A program made the translations under genes and the position numbers. The notes under the pieces are model-generated. The model had not been told where the DNA came from. It ran no database searches and was given only the letters and a program-made list of their open reading frames with translations. A stretch of 64,000 nt of DNA, from contig CP174360.1 in the NCBI GenBank assembly GCA_045401155.1, positions 233,403 to 297,402 on the forward strand, read 5' to 3'. Origin of the DNA: Candidatus Minusculum obligatum (GTDB taxonomy: Bacteria > Patescibacteriota > Minisyncoccia > Phycocordibacterales > Phycocordibacteraceae). Numbering within the stretch: position 1 is the first letter of the stretch; each line of letters starts with the position of its first letter. Shown here one piece after another: positions 8,952 to 18,600 of this stretch.

Positions 8952-9194
8952 ATGCCGGCAAAAAAGAAAGCTGCGCCTAAGCGAAAGACTGCTAAGAAAG
9001 CAGCTCCAAAGCGAAAGGTTGCAAAAAAGGCAGCACCTAAGAAAAAGGTGGCCAAGAAGGCTGCACCAAAGCGAAAGGCAGCACCTAAGAAAAAGGTGGC
9101 CAAGAAGGCTGCACCAAAGAAGAAAGCAGCTCCAAAGCGAAAGGTTGCAAAAAAGGCAGCTCCTAAGAAGCGAGTTGCAAAGCGACGAAAGTAG
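8952..9194 (+). CDS. Histone H1-like / AlgP-like lysine-alanine repeat DNA-binding protein
   Basis: The protein is almost entirely tandem KKAAPKRKVA / KKAAPKKKVA decapeptide repeats, like bacterial histone H1-like proteins (Hc1/AlgP/HU C-tail type). The start is taken at ATG 8952 (MPAKKK) rather than 8883, because the 5' extension is not repeat-like and contains an intergenic palindrome. Confidence 0.6.
   Translation: MPAKKKAAPKRKTAKKAAPKRKVAKKAAPKKKVAKKAAPKRKAAPKKKVAKKAAPKKKAAPKRKVAKKAAPKKRVAKRRK
8990..9170 (+). repeat. Tandem ~30-nt coding repeats (KKAAPKRKVA units)
   Basis: Reiterated aaagcagc(t/a)cc(a/t)aagcgaaaggttgcaaaaaaggcagc... units are visible directly. The out-of-frame ORF 9019-9246 is the same repeat read in another frame. 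Confidence 0.7.
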
Positions 9195-9252
9195 TTTCGT
9201 AGCGTATCAAAACCCTCCAGAAATGGGGGGTTTTGTGCTATCTTAGGGCAAT

Positions 9253-11739
9253 ATGATGGATATGCTCAGTCGAGTATTTGGAGGAAAACCAGGCGCTTCA
9301 GAAGTGAAGCGTTTTACACCTGTAGTTTCGCAAATTAATGCTCTTGAGGAAGAGTTTAAAGGAAAAACTGATGAAGAGCTTATTGCGGTTACAGAGTCTC
9401 TCAAGAAAGAGTTAAAAGATGGCGCATCATTTGAAAGCGTACTGCCACGAGCATTTGCAAATGTGCGAGAGGTCTCAGCGCGTCGCTCTGGCATGCGTCA
9501 CTATGACGTACAGCTTATAGGAGGACTCATTCTTACAGATGGGAAGATTGCAGAGATGCGTACGGGAGAAGGAAAGACACTTGTGGCGACACTTCCAGCG
9601 TATGCGCATGCGCTTAAGGGTAAGGGGGTACATGTTATTACGGTGAATGATTATCTTGCTCGTCGAGATGCGGCATGGATGGGGCAAGTGTATTACGGTC
9701 TTGGTATGAGTGTTGGGGTTACCACTGGTGCGGGTGCATTTATATATGACCCAGAGCACCCAGAGGTAGATGAGAAAAGAGATGAGGAAGGATTTTTCAA
9801 AATTTATGAAGAATACCTTCGTCCATGTACAAAGAAGGAGGCATACGAGGCAGATATTACATACGGTACAAACAATGAGTTTGGATTTGATTATCTTCGA
9901 GACAATACCGTATACAGCAAAGAGCAGCGAGTGCAGCGTGGTCATCACTTTGCGCTTGTCGATGAGGTGGACTCAGTATTGATTGATGAGGCACGTACAC
10001 CTCTTATTATTTCTACTCCAGATACAGAGCGGGAGAATCTGTATGAGCGCTTTGCGCAGATTGTGAAAGGCTTTACAGAAGAGGACTACACAATTGATGA
10101 GAAGCAGAAGGCGGTGCAGATTTCAGACTCTGGTATTGATAAGGCGGAGCGTGCGCTTAATGTAGATAATCTATATGTAGAAGGAGGAGTAAAGTACGTA
10201 CATCTTCTTGAGAATGCGATTCGTGCAAAGGCTTTGTTTAATAAAGATAAAGAGTACGTAGTTAAAAATGGTGAAGTAATTATTGTCGATGAGTTTACGG
10301 GGCGTATGCAGCCAGGGCGACGATGGAGTGAGGGATTACATCAGGCTGTAGAGGCAAAAGAAGGCGTGCAAATTCAAAGAGAGAGTAGGACACTTGCTTC
10401 TATTACGTTCCAGAATTATTTCCGTATGTACGATGAGCTTGCCGGTATGACTGGTACCGCACTCTCTTCAAAGGAGGAACTTTATACTGTGTATGAACTT
10501 GATACGGTTCCTGTGCCTACACATCGGGATATTCAGCGTATTGATCACAATGACCTTATTTTCCAGACTGCAAAAGGTAAGTATCAAGCGCTTGCAAAGA
10601 AGGTGAAGGAATTACATGAGAAGGGGCAGCCGGTACTTATTGGTACGGTTTCTATTGATGATAATGAAGTGGTAGATCACGTGCTTACTGATGCAAAGAT
10701 TCCGCATGAGGTGCTTAACGCAAAGAATCATGAGCGAGAGGGAGAGATTGTTGCTGATGCGGGGCGCAAAGGTGGCGTTACGGTTGCTACAAACATGGCA
10801 GGTCGTGGAGTTGATATTAAACTCGGAGGAGAGTCTGCAACTAAAGAAGAAGAAGAAGAGATCAAGAAGCTTGGAGGGCTCTTTGTGATCGGTACAGAGC
10901 GACATGAGGCTCGACGTATCGATGATCAGCTTCGTGGACGTTCAGGGCGTCAGGGAGATCCAGGGGAAACACAGTTCTATGTGTCACTTGAAGATAAGCT
11001 GATGCGTATCTTTGCCACAGATTCTATAAAAGCAATGATGGGGCGTTTTGGTATTCCAGAAGATGAGCCTATTGCAAACAAGATGATCACCGGAGCACTT
11101 GAGAACGCACAGAAGAAAATTGAGGGCGTAAACTTTGATACACGTAAGCAGATTCTTGCGTATGACGATATTCTTAATCACCAGCGACAGATCTTCTATG
11201 AGAAGCGCAATACAATCGTAGATGGAGAGAAAGAAGATATTGAAGCTTACATTAAGAGTGTTGTTGCAGGTACTCCTGCAGAGGAGGCGCTTAAGAATAA
11301 AGAAGAAGCTTTTGGAGAAGAGAAACTTTATACAGGTATGCGGGGATTGCTACTACAACTTCTTGATGCACTGTGGCTCGATCATCTTGAGACTATGGAG
11401 TACCTACGACGATCTGTATCGCTTCGGGCGTACGGGCAGCGTGATCCACTCATCGAGTATCGTCGGGAGGGTCTACGGCTCTTCAAAGAGCTTGAGGAGG
11501 CTATTAATGCTCGTATTGTTGAGCTTGTTCCGCACATTGAAGAGAAGAAGTCTGAGCCAAAGCCGGTTGAGATTGTGATGGAAGGTGGATCAGAAGAGGC
11601 AAGTACAACCACTGTAGTAAAGGGTGATAGTTACGGTCGTAATGATATGGTGAAGGTGACAGATGGAAAGGAGGTAAAGGAGATGAAGTACAAGAAAGCA
11701 GAGGCACTTCTTGCTGCTGGTTGGCGTATCCAAAAATAA
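9253..11739 (+). CDS. secA: Preprotein translocase ATPase SecA
   Basis: 828 aa with the DEAD-like motor motifs ('MRTGEGKTLVATLPAY', 'LVDEVDSVLIDEARTPLIIS', 'TNMAGRGVDIKLGG') and collinear SecA architecture. Confidence 0.95.
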   Translation: MMDMLSRVFGGKPGASEVKRFTPVVSQINALEEEFKGKTDEELIAVTESLKKELKDGASFESVLPRAFANVREVSARRSGMRHYDVQLIGGLILTDGKIAEMRTGEGKTLVATLPAYAHALKGKGVHVITVNDYLARRDAAWMGQVYYGLGMSVGVTTGAGAFIYDPEHPEVDEKRDEEGFFKIYEEYLRPCTKKEAYEADITYGTNNEFGFDYLRDNTVYSKEQRVQRGHHFALVDEVDSVLIDEARTPLIISTPDTERENLYERFAQIVKGFTEEDYTIDEKQKAVQISDSGIDKAERALNVDNLYVEGGVKYVHLLENAIRAKALFNKDKEYVVKNGEVIIVDEFTGRMQPGRRWSEGLHQAVEAKEGVQIQRESRTLASITFQNYFRMYDELAGMTGTALSSKEELYTVYELDTVPVPTHRDIQRIDHNDLIFQTAKGKYQALAKKVKELHEKGQPVLIGTVSIDDNEVVDHVLTDAKIPHEVLNAKNHEREGEIVADAGRKGGVTVATNMAGRGVDIKLGGESATKEEEEEIKKLGGLFVIGTERHEARRIDDQLRGRSGRQGDPGETQFYVSLEDKLMRIFATDSIKAMMGRFGIPEDEPIANKMITGALENAQKKIEGVNFDTRKQILAYDDILNHQRQIFYEKRNTIVDGEKEDIEAYIKSVVAGTPAEEALKNKEEAFGEEKLYTGMRGLLLQLLDALWLDHLETMEYLRRSVSLRAYGQRDPLIEYRREGLRLFKELEEAINARIVELVPHIEEKKSEPKPVEIVMEGGSEEASTTTVVKGDSYGRNDMVKVTDGKEVKEMKYKKAEALLAAGWRIQK

Positions 11740-11745
11740 AATACT

Positions 11746-12753
11746 ATGGCATTCGTAGATGAGGTATACATATTTGCCCGTGCGGGTAATGGAGGAGACG
11801 GTGTTGTTCGTTGGTCTACTTCACGTGGGAAGCCAAAGGGAGGGCCTGCAGGAGGAGATGGAGGTCGTGGAGGAGACGTATATTTTGAGGCCGTACGAGA
11901 TCTCGCATTTTTGAGCACATATCGACATACTAAAAGCTTTGCCGCAGAGGATGGGGGAGATGGAATGAAGAATGATATGGAGGGTAAAAATGGAGAAGAT
12001 CTCATTCTCCAGGTTCCTGTGGGAAGCGTGGTAGTAAATAAAGACACTGACGAAGTGTTTGAGCTTGTTCATGAAGGAGAGCGGGTGCGTGTGCTTCAAG
12101 GTGGTCGAGGAGGTTTTGGAAACACTCATTTTAAAAGTTCTCGCAACGTTGCGCCAAGGCAGTCTACGACCGGGAAGCCAGGAGATCGAGGCAATTTTCA
12201 TATTGAACTAAAACTTTCTGCCGATATCGGCCTTATCGGATTTCCAAATGCAGGGAAGAGTTCACTATTAAACGCGCTTACAAATGCAAAGTCGCAGATT
12301 GGCGCATATCCATTTACGACACTAGAGCCACATCTCGGAAGCTTTTTTGGATACGTGCTTGCAGATATTCCTGGTCTTATCGAAGGCGCTTCATCTGGGA
12401 AGGGGCTTGGAGATAAGTTTTTACGCCATATCTCGCGTACCCGAGTATTATTTCATCTTGTTTCAGCAGAAGAGGAGGATGTATTGGAGCGATATCATAC
12501 TATCCGAGATGAGCTAAAAGCCTACGGAAAGGGGCTAGATGAGAAGCGCGAGATTATCGTGTTGTCTAAGGTAGATACTGTAGACCCTGAATCACAGGAG
12601 AAATATGTGAAAGAATTAGAGGGAGAGGGGAAGGAAGTATGGGTACTCTCTGTAGAGGATTCTAAGATTTTGAAGGAATTCTCAGCCAAAGTGTCACAGT
12701 TGCTTCAGGAGGAAGAGGCTAGTAAAGTAAAGGAAACGGAAGAAGATGTCTAA
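11746..12753 (+). CDS. obg: GTPase Obg/CgtA
   Basis: The Gly-rich N-terminal Obg fold 'GGDGGRGGDVYF' is followed by G-domain motifs 'GFPNAGKSSLLN' and 'DIPGLIEGAS'. Confidence 0.93.
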   Translation: MAFVDEVYIFARAGNGGDGVVRWSTSRGKPKGGPAGGDGGRGGDVYFEAVRDLAFLSTYRHTKSFAAEDGGDGMKNDMEGKNGEDLILQVPVGSVVVNKDTDEVFELVHEGERVRVLQGGRGGFGNTHFKSSRNVAPRQSTTGKPGDRGNFHIELKLSADIGLIGFPNAGKSSLLNALTNAKSQIGAYPFTTLEPHLGSFFGYVLADIPGLIEGASSGKGLGDKFLRHISRTRVLFHLVSAEEEDVLERYHTIRDELKAYGKGLDEKREIIVLSKVDTVDPESQEKYVKELEGEGKEVWVLSVEDSKILKEFSAKVSQLLQEEEASKVKETEEDV

Positions 12754-14152
12754 ATACAAACCAACAATTGGACTTGAGATTCATGCGGAGCTAAAGACAG
12801 CTACGAAGATGTTTTGTGACTCTAAGAATGCGCCGCATGCAAGTGAGCCTAATACGCACGTATGTCCTATTTGTATGGCGCACCCAGGAACACTTCCTGT
12901 GATCAATAAAGAGGCGGTACGACATGTGTGTCGTGTGGGAGTTGCGCTTGGCGCAAAACTTGCAGACTTTACCGAGTTTGATCGGAAGAATTATTTCTAT
13001 CCAGATATTCCAAAGGGGTATCAGATTAGTCAGTACAAGTATCCTCTAGTCTCTGGAGGAAGTTTAAATAATATAGAGATCACACGTGTGCATCTTGAAG
13101 AAGATACTGCGCGATCTTCTCACAAGGGGAATGAATCACTCATTGATTTTAATAGAGCGGGAGTTCCACTTATGGAGCTGGTGACGGAGCCGGTGATTCA
13201 TTCAGCAGAAGAGGCGAGTGCATTTGCCCGCGAACTTCAGATGCTTCTTCGTACACTTGGGGTGTCAGATGCAAATCTTGAGAAAGGGGAGATGCGTATC
13301 GAGGCAAATATTTCTATTAGTGATACTGATGCGCTTGGAACAAAAGTTGAGGTTAAAAATCTAAACTCATTTAGATCAGTTGAGCGTGCGATTGCGTATG
13401 AGCTTAAGCGACATGAGAAAGTGCTTGAGGAGGGAGGAGAGCTTCTTCAGGAGACTCGTGGATGGGATGAGGGTAAGCAGGAGACATTCTCTCAGCGTCT
13501 TAAGGAGGGTGCTGCGGACTATCGATATTTCGCAGAACCAGATCTTCCAAAATTGAAACTCTCAGAGATTCCAGAGTTTGCAGAAGATGTGTTGAAAGAA
13601 ACTCTTCCAGAGCTTCCGTGGGAGAAGCGTACTCGCTACGAAGGTCTTGGACTTAAGGAAGAAGATGTTACGTATCTTGTATCAAGTGTTGAGCGGGCAG
13701 AGTTTTTCGATACAGTGCTTGAGTCTATTGATGAGAAAAATATTGCAAAGGCAGTTAACTACCTAACCTCAGATGTTGCTGGTTTTTATAATGAGGTAGA
13801 TACACCAGAGTTTGAGAAACTCTCACCTAAAGCATTTGCAGAAGTGATTAGCATGCTTGCGGCAGATGAGATTTCATCTCGGGGAGCAAAAGATATTCTA
13901 CGAGTCCTTATGGAGGAGGGAGGAGAAGCACGCACTGTTGCAGAAGAAAAGAGTTTATTCCAAGTACAGGACACAGAGGCTCTTAAAGAAGTAGTGCTTG
14001 AAATCATCAAAGAAAATGAATCTGTTGTTGAGGAGTACAAGGGAGGTAAGGAAGCATCTCTTCAGTTTTTGGTAGGGCAAGGTATGAAGAAAACTAAAGG
14101 TGCTGCAAACCCGGGTCTTCTAAAAGAGGCTATTCTTGCCGAGATAGGCTAG
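12746..14152 (+). CDS. gatB: Asp-tRNA(Asn)/Glu-tRNA(Gln) amidotransferase subunit B
   Basis: 'PTIGLEIHAELKTATKMFC' and 'NYFYPDIPKGYQISQY' are GatB signatures. It overlaps the obg stop by 8 nt. Confidence 0.93.
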   Translation: MSKYKPTIGLEIHAELKTATKMFCDSKNAPHASEPNTHVCPICMAHPGTLPVINKEAVRHVCRVGVALGAKLADFTEFDRKNYFYPDIPKGYQISQYKYPLVSGGSLNNIEITRVHLEEDTARSSHKGNESLIDFNRAGVPLMELVTEPVIHSAEEASAFARELQMLLRTLGVSDANLEKGEMRIEANISISDTDALGTKVEVKNLNSFRSVERAIAYELKRHEKVLEEGGELLQETRGWDEGKQETFSQRLKEGAADYRYFAEPDLPKLKLSEIPEFAEDVLKETLPELPWEKRTRYEGLGLKEEDVTYLVSSVERAEFFDTVLESIDEKNIAKAVNYLTSDVAGFYNEVDTPEFEKLSPKAFAEVISMLAADEISSRGAKDILRVLMEEGGEARTVAEEKSLFQVQDTEALKEVVLEIIKENESVVEEYKGGKEASLQFLVGQGMKKTKGAANPGLLKEAILAEIG

Positions 14153-14178
14153 AAAATAAGGTTATCTCGTTGTTATTC

Positions 14179-14208
14179 TTGCCGAGACCGGAGGGTCTCG
14201 GCTATAAT
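14179..14208 (+). promoter_or_regulatory. Candidate sigma70-type promoter (TTGCCG-N18-TATAAT) overlapping a hairpin, immediately upstream of the 14216 ATG
   Basis: The -35-like TTGCCG at 14179-14184 and TATAAT at 14203-14208 are visible. The hairpin GCCGAGACC-GGAG-GGTCTCGGC at 14181-14202 sits between them, and the start codon is only 7 nt after the -10, which suggests a leaderless or very short leader mRNA. Confidence 0.4.
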
Positions 14209-14215
14209 ATATGTA

Positions 14216-14992
14216 ATGAAAGAGCTTACATTAAACGGGCGCACGTATTTGAGCACGAAGCGCGCAGCAGAAATTACTGGTTATACAACAGACTATGTCG
14301 GGCAGCTTGCTCGACAGGGAAAGGTGGATGCGCAACTTGTTGGGCGCAATTGGTATATAAGTGAAGAGGCAATTAAAAAGCACAAGTTTGGAGAGGCTTC
14401 GGTAGTGATAAAAAGAGAAGAGGAAGAAGTATCAGCTCCGCAGCTTGAAGTTCTTGTAAGTGCCACTGATGATGTTCTTGAAGTGGATGAAAAAGAAGAG
14501 GTTCCAGTTGAAGAAAACGTTGCAGAAGAAAAAGTTTCATCAGAAAACTCTCTTACAGAAATGCAAAGTGCGTGGCAAGAATGGTACAAGGCTCAACGAT
14601 CAGTTCCTACAGAAGAGGAAGAAGTTTTCTTAAGCAAAAATGATATTGAGGAAGAGAAGGCTTCAGAAGAAGTTTCTGTACCGATAACTAAAATGGAGTC
14701 TCCAAAAATAACACGTATTAACAATGATGTTAGTGCACCAACAGAAGTTGTTGAAGTTAAGCATGAAGAGGAGCGTGCACCCATGCCCTCACCTGTACAG
14801 GTAAGAGATCTTCCAGCAAAGCGTTCATGGACAGGAACAGGGTTGGTCGCTGCTGCGCTCGTAGCAATTCTGTTTGTAGGTGTCATTACAGTTTCTACTA
14901 CGTACGTACTCACAAAAAATACGGATACGCCTGTTGCAGCAGCTTTTCAAAGTCTTGAGGATTACCTACTTGGAATCAAGCGAATTGAATAG
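14216..14992 (+). CDS. Membrane protein with N-terminal excisionase/MerR-type HTH domain, acidic linker and C-terminal TM helix
   Basis: The N-terminus 'TKRAAEITGYTTDYVGQLARQGKVDAQLVGRNWYISEEAIKKH' is an HTH_17/excisionase-type HTH. A long E/D-rich linker follows, then a TM segment 'GLVAAALVAILFVGVITV' near the C-terminus. The HTH is clearly paralogous to the N-terminus of the downstream giant ORF. Confidence 0.6.
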   Translation: MKELTLNGRTYLSTKRAAEITGYTTDYVGQLARQGKVDAQLVGRNWYISEEAIKKHKFGEASVVIKREEEEVSAPQLEVLVSATDDVLEVDEKEEVPVEENVAEEKVSSENSLTEMQSAWQEWYKAQRSVPTEEEEVFLSKNDIEEEKASEEVSVPITKMESPKITRINNDVSAPTEVVEVKHEEERAPMPSPVQVRDLPAKRSWTGTGLVAAALVAILFVGVITVSTTYVLTKNTDTPVAAAFQSLEDYLLGIKRIE

Positions 14993-15100
14993 TTATTCTA
15001 TCCGAGATCTCCGAGATAGGTTATAAATAAAGCATATATCGGTCACCGAGATATCCGATAAGTCAGTAAAAGTAAGGTAAATAGAGCTTGGAGTGGTGTA

Positions 15101-15133
15101 AAAGCCCAGGAAACACAATTCCTGGGCTTTTTG
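15101..15133 (+). terminator. Rho-independent terminator
   Basis: AAAGCCCAGG-aaacacaatt-CCTGGGCTTT followed by TTTT, about 110 nt downstream of the stop at 14992. Confidence 0.55.
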
Positions 15134-15656
15134 TACAAGTCTTTGTAGAGAAAGATTCTTTATATACTCTTTCTTTGCTTAAGCAACTTATATCCTTAGG
15201 AGTTTTTTATTTAAAAATATCTCGGATACATATATATAGGTATAAGGGCAGGCGTATCTTCAAATATTAAGACCCTCAAGTTTTATTTTTTTATTGATTT
15301 ATATAGCTATTCTTTCAGTTCGTTAAAATTTTGTGTCGCAAAACAGCTTATATAAATTTACTTTATAAAAAATCCATTTCATCATTTCGAGTAAGTGTTT
15401 TTTGTTTGAACTGGGTATTTAAAATACGTTTCTAGTACAGCAGGTTTATGTGTAGTGTTTCTTTGGAGAAATATTTAATACTTTTCAAAGTAAATTTTGC
15501 TTCGAAATAAGAGGTTTAACAGTTTAATTTTTTATAATTCTCGGTAGGAAAACTTTTCTACGTAAACTACGTATTTATTAAAAAAGTATCCACATACAAA
15601 GTGCGTCAATACGGGAAATATTAGGTAAAATAATAGGGAAATCGTATATCCGTACT

Positions 15657-18600
15657 GTGTCTGCCGATTCAGAAAAATTTATTCCAACAAAGGAAGCTGC
15701 GTCTCTAGTCGGGCGTACTTCTGATTACGTTGGTCGACTTGCTCGAGAAGGGAAAATACCTGCGAGTCGGATTGGTCGATCTTGGGTTGTGAGTAAAAGA
15801 GCACTTCTGGAATATTTTGATGTTCAAGAGTCTGTAAAAGAAATTAAAAAAGAAAAACTTTCTCAAACAAGAAAAGAAGAATACAAGGAGGTCCAGAGGC
15901 CAAAAGCTAACGTTGGAAAAAGCTTAACAATTTTTGTTCAGAAGCTGCCAGTTGAAAATCTTGTTTCTTTTGCAGTTGCGGTCCTTGTTGTGTTTGGAAG
16001 TTTTTCTCTAGTGCATGCTTCTGGTTTAGCAAAGCTTCCAAAAGTTGCTCTTGATGTGATTCATGAAAAGGTTGTCTCTTTGAATCGAGGAATTGCAAGT
16101 GCAACAAACGGTCCTCGTCCAACATATGTAGGGAACTACGTAGTTGAAAAAGAAAACTTTGAAGTAGAGGGGTTTGAGATGAACAATATTTTTGCATCAG
16201 CCCTCGAAGGGTTTGAGAGTGTTGGAGAAGGTTTTGAATATCAAGGATTTTCAAAAAAGAATGACTACGTAGTTGAAGGTGATGATGGTCTGTCTCTCGT
16301 TGCTGTTTGGAATAATTACGTTGCACTAGGAGAAGGGATCGTGGAGACCTCTCATGTTTTGTCTCAAGCATATGTAGATCTTGTGCACGCGTTAGGTAAG
16401 GGGACTCTGCAGAACGCACTTGCCGCGAGAGATCTCTCACGAGCACTACATAGAAACACATTTGTTGCATATGAGTCTGGCGTGAACACTTACGTGAGTT
16501 CTCTTCAGGTAGCTCCAGATGCGTATACGGGTGCTGTATACGCTTTCGTAGATGAGAGTTATAAGATTACTAATGCTTTCGCTAAGGCTCCACTTCAGGT
16601 TGGTAATGCGATTCTTTCTTCGTCTCAGTCTATTCCTGAAGGGAACCAAAAGATCGGTTCTGGATTGCGTATAATAATGCCGGCTTTAGGTGAGGCTATT
16701 ATTAGCAGCCATGAACGTCTTGTGTATGGTTTTGTCGAGTCTTCATACGCTGTTGTAGATGCGTATAAGGATTCAATTATGCGTGCTGGTGACCATGTTG
16801 GAGGAGCGTATGCTTTTGCTCGTTTTGATTTGCCACCTAAGGTCGGCAAGGGTCTCGCAAATGCCTTTATGGCAACTACAGATGTTGTAGACGAGAGTGT
16901 AGAGCGCGCAGGAGAATATCTAGCGCAAGCATACATTGTACCAGCCGTTACAGTTACTTTGTCTGGGATTGAGGGTGTTCAGCATGATGTAGAGGGCTTC
17001 TCTAAAAATCTTGCGTCCGGGACTATTGCTAAAAAGAGTCTTTTTGAAGATGTTGCAGAGTCTGCACAGGCAAATGTTGTGGATGGTGTTCAGAACTTCT
17101 TTGCTCGAATCTTTGGGCGCGGAGAAGATCCTGTGCTTCTTGTAAACCCAGGGCCAGCTCAGACGAATGTTGTTATTAAAGAAGATGAGCCTGCGGTAAT
17201 CACTCCTGGAAACGTTGTTCAGAACTTCTTTGCAACAACAGATGTAAGTAAGAGCTACGTAGATGCCGGTATTACTTCATTGCATGCTGCGCTTTCTGCA
17301 GAAATACAAAAGCTTACTTCATTGAACCGCAACCAGATTATTCAGAACATTCAAACTACACATGTTCTTAATCGAATTGAAGATCTTACAGATACAATTC
17401 TTCGTACACCTGAAATTATCGGAGGAACACTCGATGATGTAGACATTCGAGGAAATTCTAATTTCTCAGGAAACACAGTCTCAGGAAATGAGTTTATTGG
17501 TGGTACCGCAAGCTTTGGAACAACAACTGTTTCTGAGATTAACGTAACAAATAACATTACAGCAGGAGGAGTACTTTCTGTTGCAGGTCTTACATCAAAC
17601 GGAGTTCTAACAGGACCGTACTTTACTGCAACAAGTACCACTGCAACTTCTACATTTGCTGGAAGTATAGCGGTTGATACAGACGGGTTCGTGTATGCAA
17701 CAAGCACTCGAAATGTTGGTATTGGAGTACTCTCTCCAAGTGCGCTTCTTTCGCTTCAAAACTCTACAAGTACACAGCCAATTGCGACGTTTGCAAATGA
17801 TTCTGGTTCTGAGTTATTCCGGTTTACAAATACTGGATATTTAGGAATTGGAACAACAAGTCCATATGAAGCGCTTTCAGTAGATGGAAATGGTGTGTTT
17901 ACAGGAACACTTACAGCAGGAGCAACGACGCTTTCGGGGGCGTTGGTTGGTACAACGGCAGAATTTACTTCTGGAACTACCACAAATGCTACAAGTACTA
18001 ACTTCTTTGCAACAAATGGGCGGTTTACCAATCTGATTGGCACAAATGCCACTATTACTGCAGCTACAACCACAAACTTCTACGCATCTATTTTTGACGC
18101 CGCGACAGCTGCACTCACAAATCTTGTAGCCACAAACGCCACAAGTACTAACTTTGCAGTTAGCTCTCTTGCACAAGGTTCAGTTCCATTTATTGGAACA
18201 GGGGGACGGTTAATTGATGATAATGCCAACTTCTATTGGGATGATACAAATAACCGTCTTGGCATTGGAACAAGTTCTCCGTATGCGAAGCTTTCTGTAG
18301 TAGGACAAACAGTGTCTGAATACTTTACAGCAACAAGCACCTCGCTTGTATCTACATTTCCGCTTGCGAGTTTTACATCTGCAACATCAACACAGCTTGC
18401 AGTAAATTCTCTGACATCAGGACGCCTGCCGTATGTCACTACAGGAGGTCGGTTGATCGATGATGCAGACCTTACATTCGACGGCACAACGCTTACGGGG
18501 ACAGATTTGATCTTCACTCGAGCAACCACCACAAATGCAACAAGTACCAACTTATCTGTGTCAGGAACCTTTAATGCGGTGACAGGAGGAGCTCAAGCTG

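Noticed and set aside
8990-9170. Tandem direct repeats considered as a possible CRISPR array; likewise 52283-52762.
   Set aside because: The repeats are contiguous with no unique spacers, lie in-frame within ORFs and encode repetitive peptides. No cas genes are nearby.
8883-9246. The longer 5' extension of the KKAAP gene (start 8883) and the out-of-frame ORF 9019-9246 ('QKRQHLRKRWPRRLHQ').
   Set aside because: The extension is non-repetitive and overlaps the ACTACGTAG palindrome. ATG 8952 (MPAKKK) gives a clean repeat protein. The second ORF is the same DNA repeat read in another frame.
9475-9948. 157-aa minus-strand ORF inside secA, and similar ORFs antisense to gyrB, dnaE and pheT.
   Set aside because: They are embedded antisense in well-supported, highly conserved genes, with no independent signals.
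14993-15656. The 664-bp non-coding stretch upstream of the giant gene considered as a possible ncRNA gene (RNase P, SRP, tmRNA), including ORF 15088-15270.
   Set aside because: No conserved motifs of those RNAs are recognisable. It contains a terminator, A/T-rich promoter-like sequence and the palindrome, so it was treated as an extended regulatory region. The 60-aa ORF spans the terminator hairpin and is likely spurious.
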